In this document: positions 1 to 12,200 of the stretch, piece after piece
How positions within the stretch are numbered: position 1 is the stretch's first letter
Layout of the letters: every line of letters starts with the position of its first letter
From: Phoronis australis
Taxonomy: Eukaryota; Animalia; Phoronida
Direction of reading: 5' to 3'
Assembly (NCBI GenBank): GCA_002633005.1
Contig: NMRA01000034.1
Location: forward strand, 1,487,540-1,551,539
Length of the DNA: 64,000 nt
The notes under the pieces: model-generated
The model's input: the letters and a program-made list of their open reading frames with translations, nothing else
Database searches by the model: none
Told to the model about the DNA's origin: nothing
Program-made: the position numbers and the translations under genes

Positions 1-62
1 GTAAGGGGATTTAAGTCATTCATCTTAACTTTTTTTTAATTTGTTTTATTTTACAATAAAAG

Positions 63-283
63 GTGAGAAAGTGGTTCATCAAATACACGGCGATGCAACA
101 AAGATTGTGATGGAAAATAACAACAAATATAAAAAGAAATTGCGCAAAGTGACCCCAAGGAAGCCAGAGGACTGGTTTGCAGAGACTAAGGAGGAGAGAA
201 AAGCAAAGCAAGAGATGACTACAGTGGTGAATGCTGTGGAGAAAGGAGTTCACAGGTGGACAGGCTTACCTGACCCTATAGAT
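63..283 (+). CDS. HEATR4: HEATR4-like internal exon (EKVVHQIHG...GLPDPID)
   Basis: AG acceptor at 61-62 closes a 62-nt intron that begins GTAAG at position 1. Donor GTAAGT at 284. Open frame. Confidence 0.75.
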
Positions 284-3200
284 GTAAGTTAAGTACGCAG
301 TTTCTATCTGTGTGTGTGTGTTTGTGTGTCTGTGTCTGTGTGTGTGTCTGTGTGTATGTCTGTGTGTGTGTCTGTGTGTGTGTCTGTGTGTGTGTCTGTG
401 TGCACGCCAGATGAGACTTCGTTACATGACCTATAGAATATCTATTTACCTCATAATAAATAACATTATTCACAATCCTCCTCTTGTTTTACTCTGCAAC
501 ATAGCTCGTGGTGTACCTCGGGCAAAATAGATTACGATAAATAATGTTGTGAGTGCACACTATCTACCTACAAGTGAAATGATTATTACTCTATAACCTT
601 TGCTGCTTGCTGAATGTTATCCGTCTGCAGAATGCACCCCAGGCAATTTGACTGCAAGGAGCAGTTGGTTTTCTTATTTAAAGAATGACAATTCTAATAA
701 TCTGGCTTCCCAGGCATTCTTCTTTCTGGTAGATTAGTTTGAGTTGATCACCACACTTGCAATAACATCTCAGTTTAAAACTTGACTGTTTCATCAAGGG
801 ATTGGAATTATTGTGCAATAATCATGTGACAACATTTTTTTACCCACAACAACCGATAGTTCTTATGGCATATAATCAGAAAATGGCAGTGTTACTTTTT
901 GTACCTCAAACACCGTAAGTAAAGTGGGCTTAATTTGGGAGTGATGGAGGCCTATGCCTTACTCACTTAGACATTTTTGAATGACACTCATGTTTCATTG
1001 GCTTTCATTTCAGAAAGCCAATGAAACACTGAGAAACTAGTTGTAGCTCCAAATCTACGACCTTTGGCATATTATTCAGAAAATTTTCCTTGACCATAGG
1101 ATGGGGGGGGGCTGTTTGCAGAGATTCCTAGTTGGTTAGTTTTGGGTTTTCTGGTTGAGTTTGTAAAAAAACAGTCAGTGTTAATTTTTTTCACTGATGG
1201 GACATTTGACAAAATTGAGATTTAAAGCTGCATTTCATCTTGTTTAGGTAGCAAAAACAAAAATCTAGTTACGCCATCAGCTTTATACTCTCATGAAGTT
1301 GGTCTCATGATAGGATTCCATTTCCATTAACAACAAGAACATCGAAAACATAAGCGACTCAAGAAAACGCTTCAGAGTTTTTTGGAGTTGGGCAACCATA
1401 AAAGTGTGAATTTGAAACTGGCTAATGTACGCATTATTTATGATAATGAGTTAGTAATAGAACAGGAATTCTGTCAAGACAAGAAATATGAAGTCGATTT
1501 TTAAAATATAAATTCCTAATTCAATTTCCAATTTTTAACCAACTAAACAAATTAGTAATAACGTGTCATCCATTTATTCCAAAATGTTATCCTTTGTTTA
1601 AAACAATTATTAAACCAGAATGAAGCTATGCCTCATTTTGTCATTTGACATACTTGTCATGAGTGCAATTAAGTTATATTTATCTCAGAAATTTTGCTAG
1701 AATTTGTACCTTATACATCACTATATCACTGGCTCGCTTGTTTGGAGACTTCAACAGTTTACAGCTCTGATATCATCATCAGCACTTACTTATTGTATTT
1801 CCAGTCAACAGTTATTGTTTTCTGGCTTTCTCATTTTTCTAAGTAGTGTAACCAAAACAATTGTCTTCACTGAGAAAATCTGATCAATATATTGCATAAA
1901 TCTGTCATTTGCACTGTATTGCATTTGTTGACAGAATCACTTCAGAAGTGTGGCTTTATGTTTGTGAAGTATTGTGTATCATTTTGTATGTGACCATTTG
2001 TATATTATTTTTTAATTTGTTTTCATATTATGCTTCCTTTAGGTGGATTCAGATGCTGATAATGAAAAGGTTTCACTTGACTCTCTAAGTTTTCTTTAAG
2101 TATTCTAAACTTTCATGCACCCACAAAACATTTTGTGGATACATTTGATTGACAGTCTATCCGTCCATTCATTAGAAAATCTACCCATTTCACGTCACCT
2201 TGTACTTCGTTACTATAAATCTCGATGTCATCATGAGGCCTTTTTATCATTGTGCCTGTTATTGGCTCATTCCAACAATGGTTGCCTGTGAATTTATCAT
2301 GATTTCAGTATCTCTACACCTTGAAAAGTATGGTACCACTGATTTTCATTCATAGAAATGTATTACACTGATGTGGATGCATACAAAGCGATGCATTGGA
2401 CTAGTGAGGACATGTGCATAGCAATATGTTACACTGGTGTGTACGCATATATAGCGATGTATTACACTAATGTGGGTGCATAGTTTTGATTTACTTTTTC
2501 GCTGTCCTTTTTCATTGCTTGCTTCTCTGGAATGATGGCGCTGCCTATTTTTCAAATGAAGACTAGAATTTTCTGCAAATTTTTTATGCATGCAATTGGG
2601 CAAATTGTATCCTTGAGCCACTTGCATATTGCATCCTTTACCATTTTCAATGCTTTCTTTATTTTGATGTAGAAGTATCTTTCTAAAAAGTGTACTTGCA
2701 TTATTAATAATTTTCTTGTTGTGTAATCATAGTTTATTTATTGTTTGTTTGCTGCTTTTTAATTTCTTCATTTAAATCGATTTTTCAACTACTTTAATTT
2801 GTAGAAAAGTGTCATTAATTACTGTTAAGGATGGTGCAAATCGCCGTATTAAACCTACCTTGCATGTTACCAACTGACCGCTCTCTCTGGTTGCAGAACA
2901 ACAATTTATCAGACAGTATTTTCTTGAGGTGATCAATAAAACTACTCGGCGCCATCTGTTATTCATTGAATTTACTAGTCTAAGATTTTGTGCATATGCC
3001 ATTGTTTCAGCTGGAATCAGTAAGCCCTTTAAATGCAAATGACTACCATTATAGCATTTTGAATAAGATTATAAATATCAAACCTGCACTATATGTTTGT
3101 CTGGTGAATATCATGCTGACCATAACAGCTACACGTACATGTAAACACAAGGTCTTAGAAGGCCCACTGTGGATTTTAATGCAACATTTATGCAGCATTG

Positions 3201-6200
3201 GTAATTAAAAGTAACTTAGAAATATTTTGTTTATCTCTGTAGTGTACTTACTAGACAAATCACGTGTTTTGTAATTTTGATGAAGGTTATATTCACTACT
3301 TGCACGAATTTGCCATTATGCTTACTAATGAGGTGCTGTGTCCACAAAACAATGGTTCTGCATGTTTGGAACATGTGTGCTTTCACGCTTGCATTGTTAA
3401 AATTGAAGCTAAAATGAGGCATTGAGTCCTAAACAAAAATGCACAACAATCCTTTTTGCAGCACCACCAATGCGTGCAAGTAGTGAATAATTGTAATTTT
3501 TAAGCATAATGTTCTGTTGATAACTTTGTGTTGACTTCATCAGGTAATATTTTATATTTGATCTTATTTCTTCTTCATAGGACACTGCTGAGGTGTTGAA
3601 TCTTCAACATGGTGAATTTGAAGAAGAAATCCCGCTGGTTACCGCTGGCAACAATTTGAAGAAGTTGAAGAACAGTTCTTCACTGTTGCAAATAAGTAAT
3701 TATTAGTTAATATGGCAAATTTGAAGACCCACACAATGCATGTAGCCATGTCAGTTACTTTGATCTCGCGTACATCTCAACTTCGTCTAGTTTTCTGTTG
3801 TAATGCAGATGGCATCATACCTCGTAAATCCTCCTTTTAAGAATCAGTGTGACCTAGAGGGACAAGTGTCCGCTTCATTAACTCAAGGTCATGGTTCTAG
3901 TGCCACTAGGGGGCACTGCTAGACCTTGAGTTAGGACTCTCTAGCTCCTGACAGCTCAGTTTTAACTGTATAATTATTAAAAATTTGCAAAATGGTTCCA
4001 GGTGATCAGAGCAAATGGGCCCACCTGAGTAGCCTCAGGGCATGTCTACCTGAAAATTTACAATGTACTGTTTTAGTTAAACTTCATTTTGCTCACACTG
4101 TATTGAAATATTATTAATTACTGATTAAAGTAAAACTGGTTGACGTTTTGTGTGCTAAAACTGACAGTTTTTCTTTGAACTAAAACTGACATTATGTTCT
4201 TTGAGATAAGACTGTACTGATGTTCATAGAACATCACTAACTGTTTACACAATTTTCCTTTGTGTTCATGTTGTTCATTTTGTTGAGAAATTTTCTGCAA
4301 TATTGTGTTTTAAATATGCGACAAATCATATTCTTCATGGTTTTGATTGTAATCCAGTCCAAATATCGTTGCTTAATGAGAAGTTATCTCTTTTAGAAGG
4401 GCTATACATTTGGCTGTTATTATAAGGCCAATACTTTCAATCTTGAACACCACAACTTGTAATATCAGTGCTCGAGTCTCATCAGCTCTCATCAGAATCA
4501 AACTGTACATTAGGTGTGAGATTGTTACCATGTCATGACTCAATGCTTATTGAGTTTTGTTGTTATTCACAGTTGATGATTGGCGTGCAAAGTGGCATCT
4601 CAACACACGATTCTCAGATGCAACACCAGACGACCTTTTACGAGACATGGCGGATATACATCCTCACATACGCATCAAAGGTATAATGGATAAAAAAGAC
4701 AGATGTACATATAATTATGTCTCACCTTTTTACACCCTTTACCAGTTGGCTTAACTCAACATCCAACTGCTGATTGGTAGTTTAATTTGGTAATTGGGCC
4801 AATTATGTCGCTCATGCAGCAGAATTAATGAGGAGCATAATATCATGGCAACATTATACAAAATTTTAGGTTGTAAAAGTCGCCTTTCTTGTCCTATATT
4901 TAAAATTCAACAAACTAATCATGTGCATATTAAATAAATTATTTAAATGTGCCATTTAAAAACTTTCAAAATGAAAATTTAAAATTGCAACCAGTGTGTT
5001 TAGGATGGATCTGATTATCTAGAGATCGATAACATCTGGTTCAGCTGCCTGAGGCAGTGTAATTAACTACAGCAGCTTTGCGTCTTTGATCAATGCAGCA
5101 AATTTCATGGTATGCAAACCAGCTGAGTTGCACAATCTCGACTTGTGGTGATGTCAAAATAGGATTATTTTTATGATTAGGGATGTTGTTATGAACGCCT
5201 TTTATTATTTTTATTCCCCAACATGTGCATAATATTATGTTGACGCGTATATTGCCGCCATCTGTGTCTGACGTCCAGTGTCCGTTTGTCTGTATCTCCT
5301 TAAGTTGGCAAATGTGAAAATTTGCAAACTAACCAGGTGCATGTACCTGCATTGGTTTCTTTGGTTTCGCACTCATTTCAACTTTGGTGCTCCACAGTAG
5401 TTGAGGGACCCATCTGTTGTTAAAGTGGAGACAGCACCATGCTGAGCATGTAATTTCTCCCTGAGTTTGGTTCGGTTTCATTACAAACCAATTGCTTTGC
5501 TTGGCTGTGTTGAAACATTGTTTTATCTATTTTTTTCTGGCTTAGTCATACATGATTACGTAATTGTGTGGATGCATGCCATCATCCCTGTCCATCCAGC
5601 ATGTCCTGCTGCATCTCTATGGAACAACATGACCAAATTTTTGGAAAGATCTGATTACTCTGTTCCCCCTTAGGATCTCCTCTATGGATTTGACTTACTC
5701 TGCGCCACCTGGTTGGCACTCTATTTTTTAGTCCTCCTCTCTATCGGCCAAATCACTTAATTAAGGTAATGAAAATTGCTATATTTGGTTCTACTGGGAA
5801 GAGGGCGTCTGAAAATAATGAATTTTGGATGGCTCTAACTACTGTGACACCGCCTAGTGGCAGTTTTCATTTTTTGCGTCTGCGGAACTCCTTGCGGGAA
5901 CTTTCATTCAAATTTGGCAAGCGCATTTTGGTCTTGGAGGGGTATAACCATAGTCACAGTGGCTTACAACATTGTAAATCATGGGGGTTGTTCACACAAT
6001 AGGTCTTTTGAAATTGATATGCAATGTTAGTGAAAGTAATTATTTCTGAACCCTATGCTCTTAAGGCTTGCAATGTCCCATATGGCCTGTGTATAAGTAA
6101 ACACAGCTTAACAAATGGATTGTGGTCCTGGCTGAGAAGATAAATGTTTGTTACACCTATGGGTTTTGAATAGCCAAGCCCAGAATGGTATTTCTATGAC

Positions 6201-9200
6201 AGTGACAATGGATGGTGACATTTTTTTCTTTGACAGTGGTTCTACATGTGTTTCTTGAGAAAAGTGGATTTTGGGACAAATTCGACTACGGTACATTTTC
6301 ATGTGATGAGTTTTCTTTCAGGAACAATGAGAACCAAACGCATTCTACAAAGTCCTTACTTACTTGTCTCCCACTGGCAGACCGTGGTAGATATTCTTTT
6401 CTTTACTTTTATATTCATTCTGTATTATTTAAAGCCATCTCAAATTGTGGATTTTACTTTGTTCACTTTACTGTCTTGTTTTATTAAAGCCATCACTACA
6501 TGTGCACGTGCTGCAGAGTTCAAGCCCCCACCACAGCCAGGTATTGCCATTTCTTCTGAGAACAAAGTGGATTTTGTTAGCAGCTTGCCAGAGAAGATAT
6601 TTGTAGCGCTGGGCTGCTTGTGCAATGACCCTGAAGACCAGGTGAAAAGAGCTGCAGCTATTACCTTGTATGTACTCAATAGGCCCAATGAAAAGGTAAT
6701 TGACAGCCATTTTGTGACTTATCATTCAGTCAAATTCAAGTGATTTTAATTATAAAGGNTGCAATGTTCCATATGGCCTGTGTATAAGTAAACACAGCTT
6801 ACCAAATGGATTGTGGTCCTGGCTGAGAAGATAAATGTTTTTACACCTATGGGTTTTGAATAGCCTAGCCCAGAATGGTATTTCTATGACAGTGACAATG
6901 GATGGTGACATTTTTTCTTTGACAGTGGTTCTACAATGTGTTTCTTGAGAAAAGTGGATTTTGGGACAAATCCGACTACGGTACATTTTCATGTGATAAG
7001 TTTTCTTTCAGGAACAATGAGAACCAAACGCATTCTACAAAGTCCTTACTTACTTGGCTCCCACTGGCAGACCGTGGTAGATATTCTTTTCTTTACTTTT
7101 ATATTCATTCTGTATTATTTAAAGCCATCTCAAATTGTGGATTTTACTTTGTTCACTTTACTGTCTTGTTTTATTAAAGCCATCACTACATGTGCACGTG
7201 CTGCAGAGTTCAAGCCCCCACCACAGCCAGGTATTGCCATTTCTTCTGAGAACAAAGTGGATTTTGTTAGCAGCTTGCCAGAGAAGATATTTGTAGCGCT
7301 GGGCTGCTTGTGCAATGACCCTGAAGACCAGGTGAAAAGAGCTGCAGCTATTACCTTGTATGTACTCAATAGGCCCAATGAAAAGGTAATTGACAGCCAT
7401 TTTGTGACTTATCATTCAGTCAAATTCAAGTGATTTTAATTATAAAGGTTCCTTTTCCATAATAAGAATTTACAGACCATATAGAGAATAAATGCAAAAT
7501 GTATTAAATTGCTCCTTACTCAAATGAGAAGTGGTCAACATAGACTTGGAAATGCCGATGTTTCATTATTGTTTGATTCGGTGCTTGTCACATAAAATGG
7601 CCAACCATGACTAGCCAGCTTACAGAGACTTGTCTCGAGCAATAGTAACTTGCAAACAAAAAATTCACCACCGACTAATTTGACAACAGTTTGCAACTGT
7701 CGTAAATGTTAGTGCTTCTAAAGATATTTTGTCACCCATACATAATCCAGCAAGAACAACAACGTGGCAGCCAGGCGTACTTTTTTCATTGAAAAGCTGT
7801 GCATTGACTTTTTATGCTACAAACGAACTTGACAACATCTTCCTAAACAAAGTGGTTGTTGTGCTGTTTATTGGCAATACTCAAAGACAGTCTAAATGTT
7901 GTAGCTTTCAAGCCTTGTGCATTTGGCCGAATTGTTCACAAAAGCCACTCACTGACATTCCTGCAGAGATCCTGGCCACTTCACTATCAACATCAATTGT
8001 GTGGTTATACCTCTTATGAGAGGATCATACTGTAACACTGACAGGATTCTGGTTGTTGAACAGTTGATATATTTGGTTACCACTGAGCTTGCTTGGATAC
8101 TTGATGTAAAATAATGTACACCGTGCAAGCGGATAGTTTCAACTAGCTGTTTTAACAGTCAATGTTAAAATAGACTCAGTTTGGTAATCACCCAGCTTTG
8201 ATAGACTGTCTTTGCAGTGATAGTGGGCTGTGCACTTTTGATTGGATTGAACCATTTGAGCAAAGGGATTATTCATTTTTCTGTTCTTGTCAAGAGCTAT
8301 TAAGACTGTCAAGCATGTCCGCACTTGTGGAGGTGAACTTTGAATTATCTTGTAGTAATGCCCTCACTTTTTCTCAGGCAGAAGAAATCTTGAGGTCCAC
8401 TTTGTCCCGAAGCAACACTGTTGATCGATGGGCTGCGGTGCAGTGTCTGGCACATTATGGGGCCACTGACTCAGAGGTCATTGGTGAACTGGTCATCCAG
8501 CTACTGAATACAGAAGATGGATTGAAGTACTCACGATGTGCAGGATTACTCTCTCTACTCAGTCAAAATACTGTAAGTGTTATTATTTTGAGATCATGTT
8601 TAGTCTAAAAACTCAAGAACAAAAAGTGCCCATTTTATGTTGAGTTTATTCATAGAGTGAGAGGGACATTTTAGTAAAAGTCAATAATCTTCAAATGTAC
8701 TCATGCATCTGTCATTTTGTCAGTCATACATTTTGTCAATCATACAGTTTGTCAGTCATGCTTAGCTTACAGGAATTGTGAGTTACCGGGTATGTCTTTT
8801 TTGAAATTGTGAGTCTTTCAGCTTTTGTGACATATTCATCAATATTGTGTTGAACATTTACTAGGTACTTGTCTGAGTAATCAACAGCATGTCACCCAGA
8901 CACGTTATATATCAGACATACGCATATGTTTGACATACAGGTTGCCAGTGTGTCATGCTTTGATCAACTGGTGAACAGCCTCAAAGTCATAGTTTCTATT
9001 TTAAAGAAGTTGTCTGTTCTTGGAAGGCTGCCTTCAAATTGGAATATGTATGAAAGGTCTTCATGGCTTATTAAGCAATATTTGCCCTTTTCATAGAAAA
9101 TGGATAATTTGAAGTTATTTGGACTTCATGAACATAGAATTAATAATTTCACATGACAATTAACTACCAAAAACGTCATTTCTCAATGGCTCATAACAAT

Positions 9201-12200
9201 GGAAAATTTACCAATATTTTTGTGACGTCAACACCATAAAAACCATGCTAATCATGGACTGAAATTTTCCAAATATTTTGAAGCAAACTATGATTGAGCA
9301 TTCTGCTACTTTTCCTATTTCTTGCAGTTTGGGTGGTTGTCGAGTATTTTTGAACAACGTGTCATTTTAATCACATTTTTCAACTTGTTTGCAGACTCTT
9401 GTTCATTCCATGATAGCTGAGCAGCTGAACAGTAGTAGCTGGCGACACCGTGTGATGGCTTGTAAAGTTATTCCTCGCCTCTATGGAACTGTCAGCAGGG
9501 TATGTAGTTATTAATTAATAGATAGCCAGTTTAATTTCGCGAGCTTGAGCTCGTTTTCAAGTTCAGATCAAGAAATGTTGAACGTTCATCCCATCATGCA
9601 CTGAAAGTTCATTTTTAAAGCAAAATTTTTGCATATTAGATTTTGAGACATATCCAACTACTGTGGAGTCGTCTGCCTGATTGTCCAAGCTGCTTGAAGA
9701 ATGATGATGAAAGGTACTTGGTGTTGAAATCATTTTCGACTTGTTGTGCACCCCCTAGAAGCTATTATGAAGCTGACTAGCATAATTTCATTTGATCTGT
9801 TAAGTGGGAAAGTTTATAATAATGATCATCTCTTTTGTTTGTGTCGTATGTGATGTGCATGGTGAGTGTGGCATCAACGCTCGGCATTGCTCTTATCTTT
9901 TTGTAGTTTTCATTGTTTGACATCCGACTTTTTGTCTTTAGTACTCACTATTATTTGTTGAAGGACTTGAGTAGTAAACTGACCAACCTTATGTGGTCTG
10001 ACTGGCATGGCGAGGTGAGAAAGGCTGCAGCACAGACCCTGGGTAAGACAGGTCACGGTGTCAAAGTTCATGACCGGCTGAAAAAACAACTGTGTAGCGA
10101 TGATGAAAGGCAAAGAGTGGATGCGCTGAACAAGATTGGAAAACTCGGTAGGATTTGTACTTCTGCTTGCTACCAGTGCACGGTTTACACAAACCTTGAT
10201 AAAAGTATATCAGAAATCAGTAAAACACGATAACATAATTTGAACCCCCAAAAATATCTTGTTGAAAAACTCTTAACATGCATTTTGATAGGTTGCCCAA
10301 AGTGTCAACTGCAGGTTTTCGTTCAGCATGCATATCTGTCAGTAAATTACATTCAGTGTTTACATGATCACCTTTGTTAACCAAAAATAGCAGAATGAAA
10401 ATAAAGCAATGAAATTGGGCTTTATTTCCTATCTACGACACTTAAGCCATGTCGAGCAGGAAACCAGAAATTATCAGAGTGTAAACTCTTGTGGCTATAG
10501 TACCATGAAATCTCAAGGTCGCAAGCTCTAACACTAAAGTGCATGGATCACGTGCAGAAATTGACATTCCTGTCTACAGTTATATGCCAAGTCTGAAAAG
10601 ATCTTTCCAAGCTGACAGGGGTTCAAACCTGGGATTTTCTGCTAATCATCAGACTTTACTTAATATAAGTCACGTATGTCTTGTATGAAGACTAAAAATT
10701 CTTACGTATACGATATCAATGCACTGATTGGTAATAGCATATTAATTACATTACATACTGTTCTCGAATTGGATTATAGACTTGGCCCAATACGTTTTAT
10801 GCTATAATTCTAGAATCCTGCAGATTTGACCCAATGTTTCTTAATTACTGTCCTGAACTCATATAGCTTTGCTCCACCACTGATATGTAGATAATTGGCC
10901 CAATGTGTTATGTAGCTCTTATTTTACTACAAACTTTACATTACACTATCAATAATTCACTTTAAAACCCTGCTATAATTTTCCCAACAGGTATTATGAC
11001 CGCCAAACTGCTGCCTTCATTTCTGTCATGCTTCGATGATGAATATTTGTCTGTGAGAATGGAAACTTGTGTTGCATGCTCGAATCTTCGCATTCAAGAC
11101 CCCCTGGTATGCGAGAAACTAATCTTCCTGGCGTCATACGATCCAATATGGAAAATAAAGGCCCTAGCCATACAAGGTAGAAAATTTAATAATTTTATTT
11201 TTTATGACAGGTCTTGTCCTATTTTAAATGGACAGTTATAATTACTTTACAGCTGGATAGTGTGCATGCTGGCCTAGCGCCTGAGACAAAATTGACAGTT
11301 AACATTTTTTTGTATAATGTTTGAAAATCTTTTCATTTCTTTACATTTTTCCTTAGGCAATGAGTTACTTGATCACTTGAATTTTTTTCGAAATTTTTTT
11401 CTTCTGGTAATATGTAGTGTGCCAATTTCAGCTCTTGGACAAGTAGGACGGGTCACCCCAGCCATAAGGCGCACTCTGTTGTGGGCTTTACGATATGAGG
11501 AGAAGCCAGGCGTGCGAGCTGAAGCATGTCACTCATTAATTCTTCTTGGATTTGAAGATAACGAAGTACAACACATACTGCAGGATAGATTCTTAGTGGA
11601 GTCCAGTGAAATCGTCAAAGCGTAAGTCAGTCTGTGATGCTAAAGTGTTTGACTAAGCAAATTATGCTATATTATAAGTCTTTTAAGCCCTTCTTGCAAA
11701 TATCCCATAGATCAACCAACTAGGTGATAGTTAAACACTAAATTTACCTGCAAAAGCAGTCTGATAATGCTTCTTTTTGCCCATGATTGTCTCAGTTCTG
11801 TTATTGTGCATCACGTGGACAACATATCGGGCAAATCAGGCAGTAGGCGTGAAAACATTTTTGATGAATATGCAAGAAATGTGGTTAAAACATTTACTCA
11901 TCAAAAGATTCTGACAACCAGGATAAAGACGAATAGGCGGAGTTCAAAGTTCAATTGATCTGCTGTCAGATTAGGGCAGCGCTGTCAGTCTACATTGAGC
12001 ATCTGTCTCGTTTTTGGCTTCTTGTCACATCTATGTGTCAAAATTTTAAAATTTGATAATTATGATTTAATCGAAGTTAAATAAATACTTAGTCAAAAAT
12101 GTTAAGAACTTTAACATTTCTTGACACCTTTAGGCCTGTTTACAGCAACAAAATTTGCACATGTGAGTAAATTTACTTAAGGGTAAAATTTTCAAAGGTA

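Larger units (their letters stand above)
6069..7448 (+). repeat. ~690-bp near-identical tandem duplication joined by N at 6759
   Basis: 6069-6758 vs 6760-7448 differ by only a few SNPs and 1-nt indels. Confidence 0.95.

Noticed and set aside
6246-7433. Two 165-aa single-exon paralogous genes
   Set aside because: Each ORF is intron sequence running into one HEATR4 exon, and the duplication is probably an assembly artefact.
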